This document shows, piece by piece, positions 58,820 through 64,000 of a stretch of 64,000 nucleotides of DNA; the first letter of the stretch is position 1, and the number at the start of each line of letters is the position of its first letter. A program made the translations under genes and the position numbers. The stretch is taken from assembly GCA_035480635.1 (NCBI GenBank), contig DATIHN010000016.1, positions 76,017 through 140,016 on the forward strand, read 5' to 3'. The notes under the pieces are model-generated. The model saw only the letters and a list, made by a program, of their open reading frames with translations. It had not been told where the DNA came from and searched no databases. Origin of the DNA: Candidatus Saccharimonadales bacterium. GTDB taxonomy: Bacteria > Patescibacteriota > Saccharimonadia > UBA4664 > DATIHN01.

Positions 58820-59628
58820 ATCGGGTCTGGGTCATCATTCGCCGCGATCAAGCTGATCGCAAGGTTTCATTGATTATCTATTGCGCCGTTATTCTAGCCT
58901 TCATCACTCTCTATTCCTCGCTCTACCCTTCGATTCACAGCCAGGCCGCTAATTTGAATCAGCTTTTGAAATCCTACCCCAAAAGCCTGGCCAGCGCCTT
59001 TAACCTCGAAGACCTATCATTTGATACCCTGGAAAAATACATTGCGGCTGAAATCTTTAGTTTTTCCTGGTTGATTCTGACCATTATATTAATGTTATCG
59101 CGGGCGGCCAACGCTCTAGCGGGCGAAGTCGAACGCGGCACTATGAGCTTTCTATTATCGCAGCCGATTAAGCGCCTACAACTTTTTGCCGCTAGGTACT
59201 TATCCAACTTGATTACGCTACTAATCTTTACGGTTGTTTCAGTTCTCGGCATCATCCCAATCGCTAGCGCCTTCGGCAATCACCCCATGGCCGGGCGTTT
59301 TGTAGAGCTGCTTTGGCCAACCTTGATGTTTGGTTGGACGATAATGGCTCTCGGCATGATGCTCTCAAGCTTCTTTAATGAGCGCTCTCGAGTCTATTTT
59401 GTAGCCGGCGGTATGCTTATGATCATGTATGTTCTAAATATCGTAGCCGGCCTCAAGGATAGTCTGAAGTGGGTGGGTAAAATTTCGGTTTTTCACTACT
59501 TCAATCCGCAGCAAGTCTTGGTTCACGGCCACCAAAACAGCGCTCTGTTTTTGGTTTTTAGCTTGAGTATTGGGGCTACTACCAGCATCGGAGCTTGGTG
59601 GTTCAACCGTCGGGACCTGTCGGTTTAA
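58816..59628 (+). CDS. ABC-2 type permease
   Basis: About six TMs; AGEVERGTMSFLLSQPIKR; FNRRDL end. Confidence 0.9.
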   Translation: MNRVWVIIRRDQADRKVSLIIYCAVILAFITLYSSLYPSIHSQAANLNQLLKSYPKSLASAFNLEDLSFDTLEKYIAAEIFSFSWLILTIILMLSRAANALAGEVERGTMSFLLSQPIKRLQLFAARYLSNLITLLIFTVVSVLGIIPIASAFGNHPMAGRFVELLWPTLMFGWTIMALGMMLSSFFNERSRVYFVAGGMLMIMYVLNIVAGLKDSLKWVGKISVFHYFNPQQVLVHGHQNSALFLVFSLSIGATTSIGAWWFNRRDLSV

Positions 59629-59637
59629 GAGCCGGTT

Positions 59638-60321
59638 ATGAAGCAGGGTATGGTCAAAACATTTACCGACCGCTTTCCCTTCGTCGGCCCAATATTTTGG
59701 ATGGTCAGCTTCCAGTACTATTTGGCCCAACTGATTGTGGCAGCGGCTTGGACCATTCCGTATAGCATAACCATCAACACCATCAGCGACCTAGGCAATA
59801 CGGTCTGCGGGATCTACAACGGCCGTTACGTCTGCTCGCCCCGCCATGCCCTCATGAATGTTTCGTTCGTGACTCTGGGTATTACCATGATGATTGGCGC
59901 AGTTTTGATCTACCAGGAATTCCGAGAGAACTTGGGCGGGCTAATTGGTTTTAGTTTTATGGGTCTGGCCGGGTTGGGCACCATTTTGGTCGGGCTATTT
60001 CCCGAAAACGTTAACGCCACTTGGCACCAGCTTGGCGCTGCCTTGCCATTCTTTGTCGGCAATTTAAGTATGATTATCCTGGGGCTTAGCCTTGACATTC
60101 CCAGGCCTTTGAAAATTTACACCCTTTTCTCTGGTTTCATTTCTCTAACTGCGGCGGTACTATTTACCAGCCATCATTTCTTGAGTTTGGGTGGTGGTGG
60201 GATGGAAAGAATCGCCGCCTACCCGCAGACTATGTGGATAATAGTATTTGGTCTCTATATCTCAACCAACCACCTGAAGGCTGCTAATCAAGCCGATTTG
60301 AGCGCCAACATTAAATCATAG
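59638..60321 (+). CDS. DUF998-like membrane protein
   Basis: NTISDLG, LMNVSF, VGLFPEN..WH, GGMER. Confidence 0.8.
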   Translation: MKQGMVKTFTDRFPFVGPIFWMVSFQYYLAQLIVAAAWTIPYSITINTISDLGNTVCGIYNGRYVCSPRHALMNVSFVTLGITMMIGAVLIYQEFRENLGGLIGFSFMGLAGLGTILVGLFPENVNATWHQLGAALPFFVGNLSMIILGLSLDIPRPLKIYTLFSGFISLTAAVLFTSHHFLSLGGGGMERIAAYPQTMWIIVFGLYISTNHLKAANQADLSANIKS

Positions 60322-60836
60322 ATCTTGCACACAGTGTTGGAGTTGCGAGCCGTCATCTGTTTATGCAATTTGGTGCCAACTAGTTTAACCATTTTGCTTT
60401 CGATAACCTTACCACGATCAATTCGCCAGACCACGGCACCGGGGAAATACTTAACGTCTTCAATTTCTGGATCGTTTGGTAATTGCTCCACAATGTTTGG
60501 ATCATCAATCTCGGGCCACAAAAACAAAACATCGCATTTCATATTTGTGTCATTGACCCACGAATTTGGAATGGCTTCGACCAGCTTTTCCACTTGATCA
60601 ATATTTCTGAGTAACACTTTGACGCTGAAGCCAAAATCGTGCTCAATGGCAGCTTCGATCTGAGCCGTCAGTTGTTGCTGATCACGAGACTCAGTTAAAA
60701 ATATGACATTACCGGAATTGATATAAGTTTTCACAGCACTTAAGCCCAGTCGCTCAAAAGTCACTTTGAGTTTGGCCATCTCGACCTTGCCCGTCCCCCC
60801 AACATTGATACCTCTAAGTAATGCTGCGTAGATCAT
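60288..60836 (-). CDS. DUF1697 family protein
   Basis: YAALLRGINVGG, VKTYINSGNV, TARN. Confidence 0.9.
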   Translation of the reverse strand: MIYAALLRGINVGGTGKVEMAKLKVTFERLGLSAVKTYINSGNVIFLTESRDQQQLTAQIEAAIEHDFGFSVKVLLRNIDQVEKLVEAIPNSWVNDTNMKCDVLFLWPEIDDPNIVEQLPNDPEIEDVKYFPGAVVWRIDRGKVIESKMVKLVGTKLHKQMTARNSNTVCKIYDLMLALKSA

Positions 60837-60851
60837 AATTATTACCAATAA

Positions 60852-60871
60852 ATTGGTGACCCCAGCGGGAT
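60852..60871 (-). repeat. 20-bp duplication of tRNA-Glu 3' end (att-like)
   Basis: ATTGGTGACCCCAGCGGGAT at 60852-60871 and 60983-61002. Confidence 0.85.
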
Positions 60872-60984
60872 ACGGGCTTGGCTGGTGCCAACCCTAGCTG
60901 TCTCGCTGTGCTCGACTAGTCGAACTGAAATGTTCGAATCTCGCACCCCAATAAAAAAATTCAGGCAAGCCTGCTATTTTTTAT

Positions 60985-61060
60985 TGGTGACCCCAGCGGG
61001 ATTCGAACCCGCGTTGCCACATTGAAAGCGTGGAGTCCTGAACCACTAGACGATGGGGCC
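60985..61060 (-). tRNA. tRNA-Glu(TTC)
   Basis: GGCCCCATCGTCTAGTGGTTCAGGACTCCACGCTTTCAATGTGGCAACGCGGGTTCGAATCCCGCTGGGGTCACCA. Confidence 0.95.
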
Positions 61061-61225
61061 ACGTCGCAGCGGCACTTACGGCTGACGTCCGACCTTGGGC
61101 GGACTCTAGCCTTCACATCGCTGCTCCTTACCGCATTGTAAACGGCTTACGCCTGGTTTCCAATGCGGTTATTCAAAGACAGATTCATACAATAACAGCT
61201 TTTCTTAATTATATCAATTAGTGCC

Positions 61226-61594
61226 TTACTGGAGGGCGGCGACGACTTTTTCGACCACCTGCTTGGGACTGTAGTCGCTTTTGACCATGACACTCTTGGC
61301 TCCCAGCTTCATAGCCTCTTTGGATCTGGTCTCATCACTTAAATTGGTCAAAATAATAACCGGGATAGGTTTGGTCAGTTCATCGGCTTGCAAGCGACGC
61401 ATCACCTCAATACCGTCCATATCTGGCATCATAATATCTAGCAAAATAAGATCGGGTTTAACTTGACTGGCTTTTTGCAACCCGTCACCCGGGAGTAAGG
61501 CCGAAACTACCTCAATATCGGAAAAACTAAAAATTCGTTCATACATCCGTACAATTAATGGATCGTCGTCGATTAAGAGAATTTTTTTGGCCAT
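61226..61594 (-). CDS. Single-domain response regulator
   Basis: ILLIDDD, LLDIMMPDMDG, ILTN, VKS. Confidence 0.93.
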   Translation of the reverse strand: MAKKILLIDDDPLIVRMYERIFSFSDIEVVSALLPGDGLQKASQVKPDLILLDIMMPDMDGIEVMRRLQADELTKPIPVIILTNLSDETRSKEAMKLGAKSVMVKSDYSPKQVVEKVVAALQ

Positions 61595-61595
61595 A

Positions 61596-63689
61596 TTACT
61601 CTCCTTTCTTCAGTTTAGAGGGTTTTGCCGCCGGCAACGTTAGACTAAAGGTCGTGCCCTTCCCCGGCTCTGATGACTCCAGGCGAATTAATCCGCCCAT
61701 CCCTTCCATCAGCATTTTGGAAATATAGAGGCCGAGACCGGTCCCATGAGTCGTGTCCCTGGCACTCCCAGGCTTGAGACTCCCCGGCGTCGCTCGCGAG
61801 AGAATGTTTTCTTCGGCCTGCTGAAACTTTTTAAACAGCAGATTGTGTCTCTCTGGCGGAATGCCTTCGCCGGTATCGGTCACAAAAATGCGAACGTAGT
61901 CAGGATGCGATTCCAGCCGCATAGTAATGCTACCGCTGTGGGTAAAGGTTACAGCATTTGAGAGCAAATTAATCAAAACTTGTCGCAGCTTGATTTGATC
62001 AGCCCTGGCCACAATTTTACCTCGACCATCCAGAATCTCCAATTTCAGTTCAAGACCTTGTTGACCAACAGTATGCTGATATTCCTTAACCAACCCTTGT
62101 AGCAGTTCTGGCAAATCAACCGCCGTGAGCTCAAATTTAATGCGATTTTGCTCTAGTCTCGAGGTATCTAGGAAATCGTTGACCATTTGGATCAGGCGTC
62201 GGCTAGAATCATAAATGTCTTTGGTCATACCGGCTAGCTCCGGATTTTTAACTTTCGGAATGACGTGCTCAGCGATCATGGCGGCGTTGCCCATGATGAC
62301 AGTTAGCGGCGTTCTAAGTTCGTGCGAGGCGATCGAAAAGAACTCATCCCGAGCTCGCTTCAGGCTGCGTTCAAGAGTGATGTCTTCGAATAAAATGATA
62401 CTCCCAATCACCGGCGCTTGACCCGGTGATTCAGTCACCGGTGCCACATAGATCCGCAAGAATTTCTCTAATAGTGGGACCTCGCCCAAACTATGGCTGG
62501 TGATGGTGTTAATAGCATTGCTGATGGTTTGCTCCAACTTAATTTTGGGCATGAGTCGTTCGAGCTCGGCTAGTTTTACCTCCTTGGCTCGTTTCGGGTC
62601 GGCAAATAGAATTCGTCTGGCGGCGTCATTAACCATGGTGATATTTAGGTTGGCATCGGTCATGATGAAACCGATGTTAAAAGCATTAATGGAAGCTCTC
62701 AGCCTGGTATGGGCTTCTTCTAATTGCTGCCGGTTTTGGCGGAAGTATTGGCTAAGCAGTAGGGCAATCTGGCCAAACTCGCTGGTACTGGTGCCGAGTT
62801 CTTCGAGATTATTAGGGTCCTTAGTAGCAAGCGTTCGAGATATTTTATTCAAAGGGTTAGTCACGTAGCGAGTCAAAAACCAGAGTAGGGCTAGTAGTAC
62901 CGGGATAACGATGATAACGAAGTTTTTCACGCGCTGGGAATTCTGGGTATAGAGTTCACGAATGCTTGGAGCATCAGCTGTAGCCTGTAAGCGGGCGATG
63001 GTTTGGCCATTCATATCGCCTAGAGTCTTGTCGATGACGACCTGGCCCGTGCTCGGATCAGGCATGGTTGGGTTATCGTTGCCGCTCAGTAAATTGACGT
63101 TACTTTTTGAATCGTTACCCAGGCGTTGGCGAAATTCAGCGTTGTAGAGCCGGCCGACAAAGAAGTAGCCTTGGGGCACGGTTTGTCGGTTCGGGTCATT
63201 AGATGGGTGGATGGTGGCAGCTCGGATCTCGACGATGCCTGAAGATGTCCGCACAAAAAAGTGGGCTAGGCGCTGTTTAGTAAACACTTGAGCGATTTCG
63301 GCTTTCGATAACGGCAAGTCGATGGCCGAGACATTCGAACCATTATTCTGATAAACCTTGGTGCCATCGGTCCGAAAGACCCAAATAGCATCGACCTGAT
63401 AGGTGCTAAGAGCAGTATCCAGGTTGTCTTGAGCAAATTTTTTGGTGGGTTTTTTGACGAAAGCCACCATATCATCCCAATAGGTGTAGTCGGTTGCCAA
63501 GTTGGCCTGGGGTTCACCATCCAAGCGGTAAACGGCCGAAAACAGCCGTTGGCGTTCATCGACGACGTCTTGGTATAGAGTCTCGGTGTGGCGCTTTTCA
63601 CTCTGTGATAAGACGAATAGACCGATGGCTGCGGCAGCTAGCAGAGCAAGCATCAGCAGTATGACGCGATATTGGGTTTTGATTTTCAC
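61596..63689 (-). CDS. Sensor histidine kinase (CHASE4-like, PAS, HisKA, HATPase)
   Basis: DYTYWDDM sensor, two TMs, SHELRTPL, NLLSNA, DTGEGI, GTGLGL. Confidence 0.93.
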   Translation of the reverse strand: MKIKTQYRVILLMLALLAAAAIGLFVLSQSEKRHTETLYQDVVDERQRLFSAVYRLDGEPQANLATDYTYWDDMVAFVKKPTKKFAQDNLDTALSTYQVDAIWVFRTDGTKVYQNNGSNVSAIDLPLSKAEIAQVFTKQRLAHFFVRTSSGIVEIRAATIHPSNDPNRQTVPQGYFFVGRLYNAEFRQRLGNDSKSNVNLLSGNDNPTMPDPSTGQVVIDKTLGDMNGQTIARLQATADAPSIRELYTQNSQRVKNFVIIVIPVLLALLWFLTRYVTNPLNKISRTLATKDPNNLEELGTSTSEFGQIALLLSQYFRQNRQQLEEAHTRLRASINAFNIGFIMTDANLNITMVNDAARRILFADPKRAKEVKLAELERLMPKIKLEQTISNAINTITSHSLGEVPLLEKFLRIYVAPVTESPGQAPVIGSIILFEDITLERSLKRARDEFFSIASHELRTPLTVIMGNAAMIAEHVIPKVKNPELAGMTKDIYDSSRRLIQMVNDFLDTSRLEQNRIKFELTAVDLPELLQGLVKEYQHTVGQQGLELKLEILDGRGKIVARADQIKLRQVLINLLSNAVTFTHSGSITMRLESHPDYVRIFVTDTGEGIPPERHNLLFKKFQQAEENILSRATPGSLKPGSARDTTHGTGLGLYISKMLMEGMGGLIRLESSEPGKGTTFSLTLPAAKPSKLKKGE

Positions 63690-63808
63690 CTCGCGCTCAC
63701 CATAAGCATTATAAATAGTTTACCACCTGGACGGCCTGATACGGAACTTCTTACCCCCCAGCACTATTCTCCCGCTCCCACTCAATCTACCCCCACGCCT
63801 TTTGCCCA

Positions 63809-64000
63809 GCGTCTTTTACCGTTCGGCCTTAAGACTGGCTCGCGAGTTATCGTCGCTCGCTAATAGGACGTACAGTCTTTCGGCTCGAACGGTTATATTT
63901 ATTAAACATTCATACAGCAGATTGCGAAGAACAAAGTAGGGGGAGATATTAACTGAGCAATCTGCTCTAGATGATCTAGAAAAAGACACCCACCCACCAA
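63809..64000. repeat. Modular hairpin repeat unit (C-B and start of A, cut by window end)
   Basis: C 63818-63893, B 63916-63966, CCCACCAA start of an A arm at the edge. Confidence 0.88.

Overview
Gene-dense bacterial chromosome segment, almost all on the minus strand. It most likely comes from a Patescibacteria/CPR organism of Saccharibacteria type. This is inferred from the LeuS carrying a NUDIX insert, the C-terminally short AlaS, the ftsA-like/baseplate-J-like/ruvX/mltG block and the basic N-terminal leaders. Housekeeping content: khpA, rpsP, rnc, nusB, rpmF, leuS, murF, obgE, alaS, mnmA, iscS, tatD, metG, rsmA, pcrA, tpiA, pgk, a pyrBCDEF cluster, an ABC exporter, a two-component pair and three tRNAs (Ala-GGC, Ala-CGC, Glu-TTC). 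Four things stand out as unexplained. (1) A ~660-nt, promoter-to-terminator, highly base-paired non-coding locus at 16987-17650 that I cannot assign to a known RNA class. (2) A dispersed modular repeat family (hairpins C-B-A) at four sites, with compensatory stem changes, loops of constant length and apparent module shuffling. (3) Many self-contained orphan-gene units (sigma70 promoter, boxA-like motif, SD, ORF, hairpin), one of them bounded by a 52-bp direct repeat that includes the stop codons; in contrast, many core genes look leaderless. (4) Several genes atypical for CPR (fatty-acid desaturase, lone tatA). All calls are by eye; no searches or folding programs were run.
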